Part shown: in pieces, positions 1-10,250 of the stretch
Layout of the letters: the number at the start of each line of letters is the position of its first letter
Position numbering within the stretch: the first letter of the stretch is position 1
Virus record (IMG/VR): IMGVR_UViG_3300043411_000610
Coordinates: 1-64,000 of that record
Origin: a virus
DNA length: 64,000 bases
Reading direction: 5' to 3' (one strand)
Notes under the pieces: generated by a model
What the model was told of the DNA's origin: nothing
The model's input: the letters and a program-made list of their open reading frames with translations, nothing else
The model's database searches: none
Translations under genes and position numbers: made by a program

Positions 1-104
1 TTGTTGGTGCTATAGTGGTTGTTGGTGCTATAGTGGTTGTTGGTGCTATAGTGGTTGTTGGTGCTATAGTGGTTGTTGGTGCTATAGTGGTTGTTGGTGG
101 CAGT
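1..104. repeat. 18-bp tandem repeat GTGGTTGTTGGTGCTATA (4 full copies plus a partial and a degenerate copy), encodes TIAPTT on minus strand
   Basis: Units start at 15, 33, 51, 69; partial 1-14; degenerate from 87. Confidence 0.95.
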
Positions 105-586
105 GTAGTGGTGCTAGTAGATGTAGGCTCGACCACATACAGGTCTAAAACGGTTGAATTACTATTGATTATATTACATGCACACGATACCGAGACATAA
201 TATGTTCCAACATCGGAAACCGTAAAATCTGGAATATTATATGCAGAGGTAGATTCGGCCAGAACCACATTGTCATGATACCATGTATAATTCAATGCGG
301 CTGCTCCTTCAGTTAATACCGATAGTGTTATATCACTGTTTTCAAATATCGAAGATGAAGGTGTGAAATACGTGATGTCCACAATATCTTGACATAATTC
401 ACATCCTTGAATGGTTGCCAGTCCATTAATTGTATAATTATTTTTGAAAATATATGATGATGCAGGAACAACCCCGGTATACGATGCAAGTGATTCAACT
501 AGAAATTTCTTTTTTCGTCCATTGACAGTCATTATCACATACTTTCCTAAGTATGGTTCAAATTCATCATTTCCAGTTATATACAT
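1..586 (-). CDS. Partial (runs off window) putative virion/surface protein with Ig-like domain and Thr/Pro-rich TIAPTT repeats
   Basis: Not in ORF track. Hand translation from ATG at 586: MYITGNDEFEPYLGKY...LNYTWYHDNVVLAESTSAYNIPDFTVSDVGTYYVSVS (Ig-like Y-x-W-Y and D-x-G-x-Y motifs) then PTTTIAPTTTIAP; starts 1 nt after the stop of 588..2279. Confidence 0.8.
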   Translation of the reverse strand, partial: MYITGNDEFEPYLGKYVIMTVNGRKKKFLVESLASYTGVVPASSYIFKNNYTINGLATIQGCELCQDIVDITYFTPSSSIFENSDITLSVLTEGAAALNYTWYHDNVVLAESTSAYNIPDFTVSDVGTYYVSVSCACNIINSNSTVLDLYVVEPTSTSTTTLPPTTTIAPTTTIAPTTTIAPTTTIAPTTTIAPT

Positions 587-587
587 A

Positions 588-2279
588 TTATTCTAATATA
601 AAATTTGTCTCGTATTCGATCTCAATCACAACCCCACCAAATACTGGTGAAATCAATGAATAATCTGAATCACTTTGATTTGCCATACTTATTCCAGTTC
701 CAGCAGTAATAACCGGATTTTCTCCAACCGAATTAACAAAACCAGTGCCTCCTTTACCTCTATATCCATATCTAGTTCCACCTCTATAGCCACCACCACC
801 AGCCGCAGATTCATTATTTGCATTTCGTGATCCCGCCGCATTGATACCAGACATCGTGAGAGACCCACCTGAAGTATTTGCATTAGTCGAATTTCCAGGT
901 AATCCATTTGCAAACATTGCACTTGGAGTCGCATCTTCATCAGCAACTGCCCCACCGCCACCGCCAGCAATAACTAAGGCTCTATTGTAGGCCGTATTGG
1001 TCAATGCCGCAGAACCTTCAAAAACACCTGCAAGACCTCCACCTATTGCAATCTGTCCGGTAATACCTGCACCACCAAATTTATTAACTGCAATTGAATA
1101 TACAGTGTTCTCCAACACATCAAATTCTGCATAGGTATAACCACCGCCACCACCATATGATTTGGGATCTCCAGGTGCAACAGGTGAATGGTCTCCACTT
1201 CCATTACAACCCCAGGCTTTTACATACATACGTTTTCCGCCTGTAGGAATAACAAAGTTCTGACTGGACAAAAATACATGTTTAGTATTATCTTTGACGA
1301 CCGAATCACATTCAAGTAACACATATTTACTACCGATCTTACAATCATCAGTAGTATATAGATTGTTTACATCTATCGAATCGTAACAAGAAGAACATTC
1401 AGTGTTTAGACAGATGTTACGTGAACAATCAGGTATATATGACCATTTAGTGTCATATTTGTAGCAAAATGATCCTATTACTGCTTCGTATATATTTTTG
1501 GTATTGAACCGTGCTAATACGTTTCCAGGTATTGTATTGACTCCCAGTTCAGATAGAGCCGTATATTCATCTTTAACCAAACCATATTGTTGTAATAACG
1601 ACCAGATGGACAACAAATTTGTATAATCTATGGTTGTCAGAACAGATGACGAAATAACATTTTTATGGATAGAACAAGATGAGATTAGCACATCTAAATC
1701 TGATGCGGCTTCTACCTGAGTTTTTATGAACAATCTGGTTAAAATAGTTTTGACTGACGAAATTATGGTTTTTACTATATTATCTAATACGATAAATCGT
1801 TGAATATTTTTGGTTGATATACCATATGTAGAAGATAGTGCATCTAATGTTTCGGTCGATACTTTTTCTAACAAGGTATTAGCCAATAAACTATCTGAAT
1901 AAGATTTTACAACAAATTGAATTTTATAAATTTGATTTGTTGGAATGTCTGAAAAATTTAGGTTTAACCAATTTTCTATATCTTGATAGTTGGCAACTAC
2001 CGAAAAACTTAGGGGATACACCAATGTAACGGGTGTCAGCCAATAATCCTTTAGGTTGTAAACCAGATTTGAGGTATTAATATAATCCGAACTTACGGAT
2101 TGAACAGCCGATGTAAAATTAGATAGCCTTGCACTTAGGTCCGAAATGTTGGTAAACAACTGTTCATATGTAGGTCTGGCATTATCATATATACATGTTC
2201 TGACATCCAGATCAGAAAAGTTTTGATTTAATTCTGAACGGGAATTACCCAGTAAATTATATGAATCAATTTGTGTCAC
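588..2279 (-). CDS. Putative virion protein with C-terminal glycine-rich (polyglycine II type) domain
   Basis: VKAWG..GGGGGY, ALVIAGGGGG, AGGGGYRGG, GKGGTGF motifs typical of glycine-rich phage tail/receptor-binding domains. Confidence 0.65.
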   Translation of the reverse strand: MTQIDSYNLLGNSRSELNQNFSDLDVRTCIYDNARPTYEQLFTNISDLSARLSNFTSAVQSVSSDYINTSNLVYNLKDYWLTPVTLVYPLSFSVVANYQDIENWLNLNFSDIPTNQIYKIQFVVKSYSDSLLANTLLEKVSTETLDALSSTYGISTKNIQRFIVLDNIVKTIISSVKTILTRLFIKTQVEAASDLDVLISSCSIHKNVISSSVLTTIDYTNLLSIWSLLQQYGLVKDEYTALSELGVNTIPGNVLARFNTKNIYEAVIGSFCYKYDTKWSYIPDCSRNICLNTECSSCYDSIDVNNLYTTDDCKIGSKYVLLECDSVVKDNTKHVFLSSQNFVIPTGGKRMYVKAWGCNGSGDHSPVAPGDPKSYGGGGGYTYAEFDVLENTVYSIAVNKFGGAGITGQIAIGGGLAGVFEGSAALTNTAYNRALVIAGGGGGAVADEDATPSAMFANGLPGNSTNANTSGGSLTMSGINAAGSRNANNESAAGGGGYRGGTRYGYRGKGGTGFVNSVGENPVITAGTGISMANQSDSDYSLISPVFGGVVIEIEYETNFILE

Positions 2280-2956
2280 TAGTATATTTTGGTTCCATTA
2301 TCCCATTCAAGTGCAGGAGTCACTTCAAATTTAATTCCGGTGAAAGTATTGATAAATTGGTCTGGGACCGATAATTCTAAATTGAAGGTCCCACAATCCA
2401 CATCCTTCGTTATTGTTCGTCTGATGGTTGGTTTACTAATACAGGTGCAAGTGTATGTAAATGACACTGTTTGTTTACCAATACCCTTAGAATCCGAGAC
2501 CTTTCTATCAATCGAATAATATTCAGGTGAAAAGATGTATAGTTGTTGCCCCACAATATAATTAAAGCACCCGCCCCCTTGAACAGGGAAGTTCTCGTTT
2601 AACCATGCTTTTATGGTAGAAATATCAGTATTACCAGTAAATGGATACGGATAAACCATAGTAATAGGTTTCAACCAGAAAGAAGACAGTTCGTTCACTA
2701 CAGATGTGGTTTCTGCCCAACATGCAGAATTTGATTGGAACAAGGTTAGAGCATCAAGTAATGTGCTAGATGTGCCTGAAAAATATGTATATGCAGGAAG
2801 CCATTTATTGGTTACATCATATTCATAGTTACAAAGTTGGATGTCTAATTGACGAAAATTATAATTTATAGATGAAAGTGAGCCCCCAATATCTTCGCCC
2901 TCCAATATAGGGTATACAAATGAGCAACTAGAGTCCGGTTTACATATTTCTTTCAT
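2279..2956 (-). CDS. Cys-rich putative structural protein, paralogous to N-terminus of 588..2279
   Basis: Shared blocks NYNFRQLD/NQNFSDLD, FWLKPITMVYP/YWLTPVTLVYP, WLNENF/WLNLNF; TAAATA motif just upstream. Confidence 0.65.
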   Translation of the reverse strand: MKEICKPDSSCSFVYPILEGEDIGGSLSSINYNFRQLDIQLCNYEYDVTNKWLPAYTYFSGTSSTLLDALTLFQSNSACWAETTSVVNELSSFWLKPITMVYPYPFTGNTDISTIKAWLNENFPVQGGGCFNYIVGQQLYIFSPEYYSIDRKVSDSKGIGKQTVSFTYTCTCISKPTIRRTITKDVDCGTFNLELSVPDQFINTFTGIKFEVTPALEWDNGTKIY

Positions 2957-3013
2957 TCTGCTTTATTTAATTTTCAAAAAGTCGTTGACAAGCGAATTTT
3001 AGTGCGCTAATAT

Positions 3014-3244
3014 ATGGCCTATGAAAACACTAATCACACTACTCAATACATTATAATGAGCATCTATATGGTATCATGTTTTAATACTCAGGGCGAACTA
3101 GAAGGTTATGTTGTTCCCGAAGCAGTATATGTTTACATCAAACAACTTGAAGGTTATGTTGAAGAACCACATAACTCCTGTTTGTTGGATGCATATTATT
3201 TTAGATTTAGTGACGGTATCAACAACTTGAAAGACAGGAACTAA
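3014..3244 (+). CDS. Hypothetical protein (start uncertain)
   Basis: ORF behind TTGACA-17-TAATAT promoter at 2985-3013. Confidence 0.45.
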   Translation: MAYENTNHTTQYIIMSIYMVSCFNTQGELEGYVVPEAVYVYIKQLEGYVEEPHNSCLLDAYYFRFSDGINNLKDRN

Positions 3245-6200
3245 ATGTATGGGACGGAACAAATGAACAGTTATTTTGAAGGTATTCCCAAGTATAACCA
3301 AATTTATTTTCACATTCCATTTGTTCCCATGTGACTGGCCAGATACAATTGCATCCCATTTTATCCCATGTCCATGTGATTGGCATATGGTTTCGTTCAT
3401 AACCACCACCATATGCGGTTTCCCAGGTGATGGCAGACAGGGTGTTATCAAATCTTGCTGAACGGGATTCCAATTCTCTCCAGGAAAGCGGTCGTCTGTT
3501 ATTAGAAATATTCTGTGGTTTACCAATCGTATGATATTTCCATGTCCATTCAAAAGGATTATCATTGACTCTGCTTATACGGACTTCAACCATTTGACGT
3601 AAAAGATCTAGATCAGTCCACAAGTTTTTTATACTTCTGTTGATTGTTTCATACGAAATTAGTTCATTTATACCAAGTGCAGCATATGACGAACTGGTCA
3701 ATAATATTTCAGAACTTTCTATCGGTGAAATATAATGATTGATAAACTGATCAAATTCATCAACATTGATCACAAATTTATGTGTTAGGGAGGTCGCAAA
3801 TGATAGTAGATTGTTATGGAATTTTATAAACGAATCATTGTAGACAAAATCCGTAACAGGTTCATCCTCGTTGATCAACATTGATTCTAATGTAGAAACC
3901 TCATTAGATTGATCGCCAATGCTTAATTTTTGAGGATAATCAATCAATTTGATTATCGAAAAATCATTAACCGCATAAATTTCGGTCTGATCAAAATATA
4001 ATCTTGATATCGGAAATACGGTGTTCCAGACATTGATGAACGTCTGGTTGGCCGCATATACATATACCGAATTATTTGCCAGCACATGAATAAAATCATT
4101 ATGAACATATAATTTATGCCCTGCGGTTGCTACCATAGTTGAGACATAATTATAACTATCATCAAATATCATTATATTACCTAAGTTAGTTAATACATAA
4201 ATCAAATTCGATGATTTTGAAACTGACACCGGATAATCTGAGGTGGTCCATCCAGTATATGTGATTTCATTTGTCCAATTCAGATAATTATTGTAGATTT
4301 TGATATTTCTACTGTCAGAATCAACTACGTATATAAGTTGCCCATCAGTATATAAATCCGATGGATTATTTAAATGTGTTTTACTTCCGGTTTCTCCGGT
4401 TCCTCCCCAATAATGTGTGAGCGAAATATTATACTCCACATCTACATCAAAAACCAATATGTTCTTTTTGTCTTTATCTAGAACAACTAGTTTATCCGTT
4501 TCTTCTACATATACCACATGTGTTGGGTTGATAAATTTTTCACCCTCTGTTATATGAGAAGTCGAATTTAGTAGTTCGACAGTCTGATTGTTTTGTCTAA
4601 ATTCGATAGTGCCACCATTGATTAGCACCATTTGATTACCCATTAGAATAAAATCGGTTAATGATACGAATTCATTAGTATAGTATTTTTCTACAGGTGG
4701 AGTTTCATAGTGCCATGTAAGTTTACCCTCTTTTTCACCTAACCACCCAACAATATACTTCGGAACATTAATATCCCATGCATATGATAATGATGAAAGA
4801 GTTTCAAAATTAGTATATAATCTACTAAGTTTCTGATTAATACTAGTGTTATACTGCCATTCATTTGGCTTGATCAACACGTCTTCCAATGTATATGGTA
4901 ATGTAAGTTCGTCTGGGAATTGTCGATTAATTTGTGAATCATATTGATCAATATCGTTCTTGATCACAAAGAAGTCGGTCCATGTATGGCTAATTGTATC
5001 TATTCCTATTGCACTAACAGAAATATTATATGTTCCTTCAGATGCATATGATGCGGTCATAACATCAGTATAGGTTAAACCTGTTGTTATGTGACCTGCA
5101 CCATCATCAAAGCGAAAACTGGTGAACGGCACCGGGAATTCCGTAGTGTTGTTATAAACAGAAATTAATTGATTTGTAGTATATGTATGATGGGGTGTCC
5201 AGATTTCTATATCAGGTCCATCATATGCAGATATGGAAATCATATTGGACGTAAACGGTTGAACCACTGTGCAAGAAGGACCGTCAGTAATATATTTTGT
5301 GATATTACCGGTGACAAAGAAATTATATGTATTATAAGTATTATTTTTAACCGAAAAGAAATTGGACGGATCAGTAGAAAAAATAACTTGTTCAGAATGA
5401 GTATCAGTAAATTCAGTGGATGCCGAATAAAAAGTTTGTCCAGTTGTTTGTAGAACATATGTCAGAGTCCCATCAACTGTTATTCCATCATATGGAAAAT
5501 TCAGAGTGATAAGGGGCTTATTAGTCGAATCGTTTCGAACATTGATCAATGTCTCACTTATGTCCAAATATGCGGTCAAGGATGGGAATGGAACAACGGA
5601 CATATGTTGATGGAACACATCGGCATCAGTAGAACTCACATAATTATAAACCGTGAGACCGTTTTCTATAGGAAAGACCGAATTATGTGCAGTTATAGAC
5701 ACAACACCTGTTGCAGATACATCGTTATAAACTACCGGTATAGTTATTTCATTGGAAACCGAAGACACTTGTTTTGTCCCAATTTGGTAATAATAGCTGT
5801 CAAATCCACCGAACGTTGAGAGAACAACATTTGTTGGGCATCCTGATAAACCAGTTAGTCCATTACTGTTTAGATATGATAGATTATAATAATCATATTC
5901 CAGTTTTTCAGCAGGAAACATATTATATTCAGGAAACGATATATAATCTAGTGTAGAATATGAACTAGGAAGAATATTGATACACAGTTTGTCCGTAAAA
6001 TTGTAGTATTCAAAATTACCAGAATTAGGCTTGGCAGACAGTGCTGAAACTTCTATACAATAACTGGATGCCAGTGCAAAAACTACACTTGTAGAAACCA
6101 GATGTGTGTTGCCCGGAATATTCCATATTATTTTGGATGTGTCTATTTGGGCAAAATCACTGGAAATAAGGGCGGTTGTTGCCGATAGATTATTGATGGT

Positions 6201-8507
6201 AAAAAATTTAGTATTTTTATCTTTAGACGAGACGGTGCTTCCATCAGTAGCAGACAACACAAAATAGATATTATGGTTTTTAGGATATTGTCGAACAGGA
6301 ATGGTTATACTATCAGAAATATTATAACTACTGGATGTCACATCATCTGATTTAGGACCAGTTGCATTGGCAAATACGTTAAAGATTATTTTCTGTGGAT
6401 TTGATGCTGCCCGATCTACTTCAAAATTTCCATTGATAGTATTAGTATTAGATGTAGATGGATAATATACGTTTTCATATAAATTTGATGACAGATCGGT
6501 TGATTGTAAACTGAATTCACCTCTAGGATCATTATTCGTTTCTTTCCAAAGGATAGACCCTCTTGCAGGTGCAGGATATTCCAAATTATTTTTTATAAAG
6601 AACGAACTAATGGTGGCCGTCGTAGAAGGGTTAAAATCATCCCAATCGGTTTTCAAACCTAATGATAAGTTATTGAATACTGATGATGGGGGATGCCATA
6701 TGGTGGAGGCAGATAGTTCAAATTCTGATGAATAGAATGTAATTTTAGTATTATCTACACCCAAATTGTTTACGATAATTGATAAATTGTTAGCAGGTGT
6801 TGGAACCCCAATAGATAATTCTACAGGTGGTAGTTGAGTCAGATGATTTGGATCATCCACATCATATATCAAATCATCTACCGTGCTATAGTCATATATC
6901 TGAATATTATCACTCGGAACTACATCCCATGTAACATTTTCATCCGAATCAAAGTTTGGATATATAGTGCCTTGGACCAAACACCAGTTATCGGTCAATT
7001 GTGTTATCTGTAAATTGGAAGACGCTTTTTCTCTATTCAATATGAATGAATATGGTTGCATATACCACAAATCATCTTTAACTGAGCTTATTTGATGAGT
7101 TACGGTAAATGAGTTTGCAATTCCATTGTTAATAAATTTGATGTGTGCAGATGCAGGAAACCATTGGCTATGAATATATTTTTGATCAGATCCTAGATCA
7201 ATAGCAGACAACGAAGTATCATTGTTTTCTTCAAAAAATCTTTGTCTAACTACTTTACCAGTCTCTAAAATAGGAAATTCTAATTGGCCAAAGTTATCAA
7301 CCATGACCGCCGATACATTAAACGAAGATGATTGATATTGAACTGATTGAAATTCGGGGTTAAAGAAAATAGTGAATGTCTCCTGTTCAGGACTCCCATT
7401 ATTATAATCGGTAAAGAATCTATAATTATATAGATAAGGCGCTTCTTCGGTTGAAAGCTGATAATAATTGGTTTGTTCGCTTGCTGAAACACCATGTTTG
7501 AACAATGAACCTGTGCTTTTTATATACGGTAGTGCAGATGCTTGATATGACACCACATAATTTTCACCGTTCGGCACAAAATAACCGGTATTGAGTGTCA
7601 AACTGAGTTTGGCATTAACCGAATCCAATTTTGCAGATTGAACAATGGGCGTGGCCAATCCCTCTACATTGATTCCTGACAAAAAGTGCGTAGCACCCAC
7701 AGTGTTACCATAACACATATTATAATCTATTGCATCTTCTAACGATGCAGCAGAAACTGTGAAAGTTAGTTGAAAAGACTCAGGAACAATACCCTTGGAA
7801 TACGGTGTGGTTGCAGGAATCAGTTGGTTTACCAATGGTATAGAAGTCGAATTATTATTTTGTGTTTTTAATACAAAATTATTCCTACTAGCAGATACGT
7901 ATGCATCAGGATACATATCATACCCAACGGACCCTGGACCAGTATAGGTATGATTATGAAATTTGATTTCTGCACCTTGTGAAGAATATAAGTCAGTTAG
8001 ATATGAATTGTCTAACGAATTATATAAATCACTGGAATTTGATTCTGATTCAGCCGCAGATAGGGCAAAAAAACCACCTGAAACATTAAATTGTTTGTCC
8101 CCAACTTTAGTTAGTATCGGATACGGTCCTGATGGATATACGGTGATTGCAGATGTTCCACCCTTGAATGTAAGACCTAGATAATGATTAGGATATGCTG
8201 ATGTTTCAGAAAATAGTGGAAACGTGTCTGGAATATCAATAAAATTTCCAGGTTGAACATATTTTGTTGAATAATCCGTATCATATAAACTCGATAAACT
8301 GGTCGAGTTTAAAAGCAGAGGTTCAGCACCAACTTGATTAAGGTATAATGACGACCAGTTCAAAACTGGAATTTCATAGTCCCATATTTTATGTTTATAT
8401 CTTATACCAAATCTAGCGGATGATTCTGGTGCAACAGTATTGTCTAGGAATATCCCTATTTTTTCATAGGGAAAACTTGAGAGCGTTACAACAGAATTTA
8501 GAAGCAT
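3219..8507 (-). CDS. Large (1762 aa) putative virion protein with PKD-like segment, NHL/beta-propeller region and Trp-repeat C-terminus
   Basis: Ser/Thr/Asn-rich beta-type sequence; FDDG..Y..EGTYNISV (PKD-like); HLNNPSDL..IYVVDSDSRNIKIY (NHL); TAAATA upstream. Confidence 0.7.
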   Translation of the reverse strand: MLLNSVVTLSSFPYEKIGIFLDNTVAPESSARFGIRYKHKIWDYEIPVLNWSSLYLNQVGAEPLLLNSTSLSSLYDTDYSTKYVQPGNFIDIPDTFPLFSETSAYPNHYLGLTFKGGTSAITVYPSGPYPILTKVGDKQFNVSGGFFALSAAESESNSSDLYNSLDNSYLTDLYSSQGAEIKFHNHTYTGPGSVGYDMYPDAYVSASRNNFVLKTQNNNSTSIPLVNQLIPATTPYSKGIVPESFQLTFTVSAASLEDAIDYNMCYGNTVGATHFLSGINVEGLATPIVQSAKLDSVNAKLSLTLNTGYFVPNGENYVVSYQASALPYIKSTGSLFKHGVSASEQTNYYQLSTEEAPYLYNYRFFTDYNNGSPEQETFTIFFNPEFQSVQYQSSSFNVSAVMVDNFGQLEFPILETGKVVRQRFFEENNDTSLSAIDLGSDQKYIHSQWFPASAHIKFINNGIANSFTVTHQISSVKDDLWYMQPYSFILNREKASSNLQITQLTDNWCLVQGTIYPNFDSDENVTWDVVPSDNIQIYDYSTVDDLIYDVDDPNHLTQLPPVELSIGVPTPANNLSIIVNNLGVDNTKITFYSSEFELSASTIWHPPSSVFNNLSLGLKTDWDDFNPSTTATISSFFIKNNLEYPAPARGSILWKETNNDPRGEFSLQSTDLSSNLYENVYYPSTSNTNTINGNFEVDRAASNPQKIIFNVFANATGPKSDDVTSSSYNISDSITIPVRQYPKNHNIYFVLSATDGSTVSSKDKNTKFFTINNLSATTALISSDFAQIDTSKIIWNIPGNTHLVSTSVVFALASSYCIEVSALSAKPNSGNFEYYNFTDKLCINILPSSYSTLDYISFPEYNMFPAEKLEYDYYNLSYLNSNGLTGLSGCPTNVVLSTFGGFDSYYYQIGTKQVSSVSNEITIPVVYNDVSATGVVSITAHNSVFPIENGLTVYNYVSSTDADVFHQHMSVVPFPSLTAYLDISETLINVRNDSTNKPLITLNFPYDGITVDGTLTYVLQTTGQTFYSASTEFTDTHSEQVIFSTDPSNFFSVKNNTYNTYNFFVTGNITKYITDGPSCTVVQPFTSNMISISAYDGPDIEIWTPHHTYTTNQLISVYNNTTEFPVPFTSFRFDDGAGHITTGLTYTDVMTASYASEGTYNISVSAIGIDTISHTWTDFFVIKNDIDQYDSQINRQFPDELTLPYTLEDVLIKPNEWQYNTSINQKLSRLYTNFETLSSLSYAWDINVPKYIVGWLGEKEGKLTWHYETPPVEKYYTNEFVSLTDFILMGNQMVLINGGTIEFRQNNQTVELLNSTSHITEGEKFINPTHVVYVEETDKLVVLDKDKKNILVFDVDVEYNISLTHYWGGTGETGSKTHLNNPSDLYTDGQLIYVVDSDSRNIKIYNNYLNWTNEITYTGWTTSDYPVSVSKSSNLIYVLTNLGNIMIFDDSYNYVSTMVATAGHKLYVHNDFIHVLANNSVYVYAANQTFINVWNTVFPISRLYFDQTEIYAVNDFSIIKLIDYPQKLSIGDQSNEVSTLESMLINEDEPVTDFVYNDSFIKFHNNLLSFATSLTHKFVINVDEFDQFINHYISPIESSEILLTSSSYAALGINELISYETINRSIKNLWTDLDLLRQMVEVRISRVNDNPFEWTWKYHTIGKPQNISNNRRPLSWRELESRSARFDNTLSAITWETAYGGGYERNHMPITWTWDKMGCNCIWPVTWEQMECENKFGYTWEYLQNNCSFVPSHTFSSCLSSC

Positions 8508-8562
8508 CCATAATATTTAACTAGATTATTCTATTGTTTCCAACAAGAAACAATGTAAATCC

Positions 8563-8718
8563 TTAACACTTCCATCGTCTGCGGGCAGCACAGCCTCTAG
8601 TATCTTTACCATCACATCCACCACTCGGTATCCATGCAGATGATCTAGCACAAAAAGATTTTTTACGTGCCCCACCTTCTGGTTGAGGGGCTTTTAGGTT
8701 CGAACCTGTTTCTCTATA
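8563..8718 (-). pseudogene. Start-less 51-codon frame resembling the C-terminal part of a conserved small basic phage protein (DUF6321-like)
   Basis: YRETGSNLKAPQPEGGARKKSFCARSSAWIPSGGCDGKDTRGCAARRRWKC*, in frame directly after the TGA of 8719..9237. Confidence 0.65.
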
Positions 8719-9237
8719 TCAGAATATATCTTGATTATCAATCACTGATTTTAACTTTGAAATATCGTTTTCCAGTGCTAGATTGAAGATTGGAATTCTA
8801 AAATCTTTTGCCATTCTGATTCCCTGTCCAGTGCCACCTTTTTCTTTACCACCGGGTGTCCAACAAATAACAAATTCAGGAACAACTATACACTTAGGAC
8901 CAAGTATGATGTGGCTATTACGGGCCATCAGTTTTTTACCAGATTCGGTCAATCTATCCCATTTTGGATGATATTTTTCTGCCAATTTTAGTGCAGTATT
9001 TGAAAATCCATACAAAGGCGATTTATTATCATTATAATTAGGCCACGGCAAATATATTTCCTTGTCTCCACCATATAGATCAAAATATTTTTCAAACATT
9101 TGATCCGCACCCGATGCTCCACCAGAACGTAGAGTATAACCCGAATTAACTAGTTTATAACACAACGATTTGATCAGTGGTTCAACAGCAGAAGGTGTTA
9201 CTCTTGATCCTATTCCTGTAAAATATTTTTTAATCAT
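8719..9237 (-). CDS. DprA/SMF-like (SLOG superfamily) protein
   Basis: FTGIGSR-x-TP, LRSGGA-x-GAD, EIYLPW, ARN, GGTGQ, IPIFNL motifs. Confidence 0.8.
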   Translation of the reverse strand: MIKKYFTGIGSRVTPSAVEPLIKSLCYKLVNSGYTLRSGGASGADQMFEKYFDLYGGDKEIYLPWPNYNDNKSPLYGFSNTALKLAEKYHPKWDRLTESGKKLMARNSHIILGPKCIVVPEFVICWTPGGKEKGGTGQGIRMAKDFRIPIFNLALENDISKLKSVIDNQDIF

Positions 9238-10247
9238 CTTAATGTTACCCCTAATGTTTGTTCTAGTGCATCTCTAATACCAGATTGAATTTTATCTATG
9301 TCTGCATTAGTCAATGTTTTGTCAATACTTCTATATGAAATACGATAACATTTGCTTGTTTTACCATTCTTAGTGAATTCATCCTTTAATGTAATATCTT
9401 CGATTAAGTCCTTTGACATGGACCTACAAATTTCAAAGAAATGATTTTCTTCATATGTCGGACTAATCCAGAAAGAAATATCTTTATAACATACTGGTTG
9501 ATTTGAATAGGTTTTGAATATTGTATCACCGTTATTAAACTGTGATAGAAATCGAGTGTCAGTCGTCCAAAACAGTCGAATATCAGGAATCTTATATAAG
9601 ATCATTGCTAGGCGTTCTAGTCCTAATCCAAAAGCAAATCCATGTTTATTAATACCACAGTTTTTGAGAATATCTTGATGAATAAGCCCACAACCAAGGA
9701 CTTCTACTAATTTATTATCCCATTCAATTTCTACTTCATATGATGGTTGTGTAAAAGGAAAATAGGAATCAATCCATTTATATGTTGCACCAGGGAATAA
9801 TGAGGCGATCAATTTATCAATAATATTGTTTAATACACTTAGTGCATCATCTCTAGAATCGAAAAGTGCAACTGCTTCCATCTGGTGAAATACCGGATAG
9901 TGAAATTTGTCCACACTATCTCGGCGGTAAACATCCCCAACAACAATAAATTTTTCAACCCCTTGTTTTAAAAACGTTGTCTGATGAGCACTGGTATGGG
10001 TTCGCAATACAGTGGAATTATCTAAATAGAATGTGTCGCTCACACGTCTAGAGACATGATCAGAAGGGATTAGAAGATCGTCGAAGTTTTGTTGTGTGCT
10101 AACAATTGGATTGCTATCCTCAAATATCTCAAAATGTAAATTATTAAGTAATACATTAATGATCTTTTGTTTGATCAGACATATAGGATGATTGTTTAGC
10201 AGATGTAGATTTCTACCTATACAGTTGGATATATTTTCTGGTATCAT
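9234..10247 (-). CDS. pheS: Monomeric mitochondrial/plastid-type phenylalanyl-tRNA synthetase (catalytic domain plus C-terminal FDX-ACB anticodon-binding domain)
   Basis: NFDDLLIP-x-DH-x-SR, LRTHTSAHQ, GDVYRRD..HYPVFHQME, FPFT-x-PS-x-E, GLGLERLAM..IPDIRLFW, then KDISFW..CYRISYRS. Confidence 0.93.
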   Translation of the reverse strand: MIPENISNCIGRNLHLLNNHPICLIKQKIINVLLNNLHFEIFEDSNPIVSTQQNFDDLLIPSDHVSRRVSDTFYLDNSTVLRTHTSAHQTTFLKQGVEKFIVVGDVYRRDSVDKFHYPVFHQMEAVALFDSRDDALSVLNNIIDKLIASLFPGATYKWIDSYFPFTQPSYEVEIEWDNKLVEVLGCGLIHQDILKNCGINKHGFAFGLGLERLAMILYKIPDIRLFWTTDTRFLSQFNNGDTIFKTYSNQPVCYKDISFWISPTYEENHFFEICRSMSKDLIEDITLKDEFTKNGKTSKCYRISYRSIDKTLTNADIDKIQSGIRDALEQTLGVTLR

Positions 10248-10250
10248 AAA

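Noticed and set aside
15-200. Plus-strand VVGAIV repeat ORF
   Set aside because: Antisense shadow of the minus-strand TIAPTT repeat gene.
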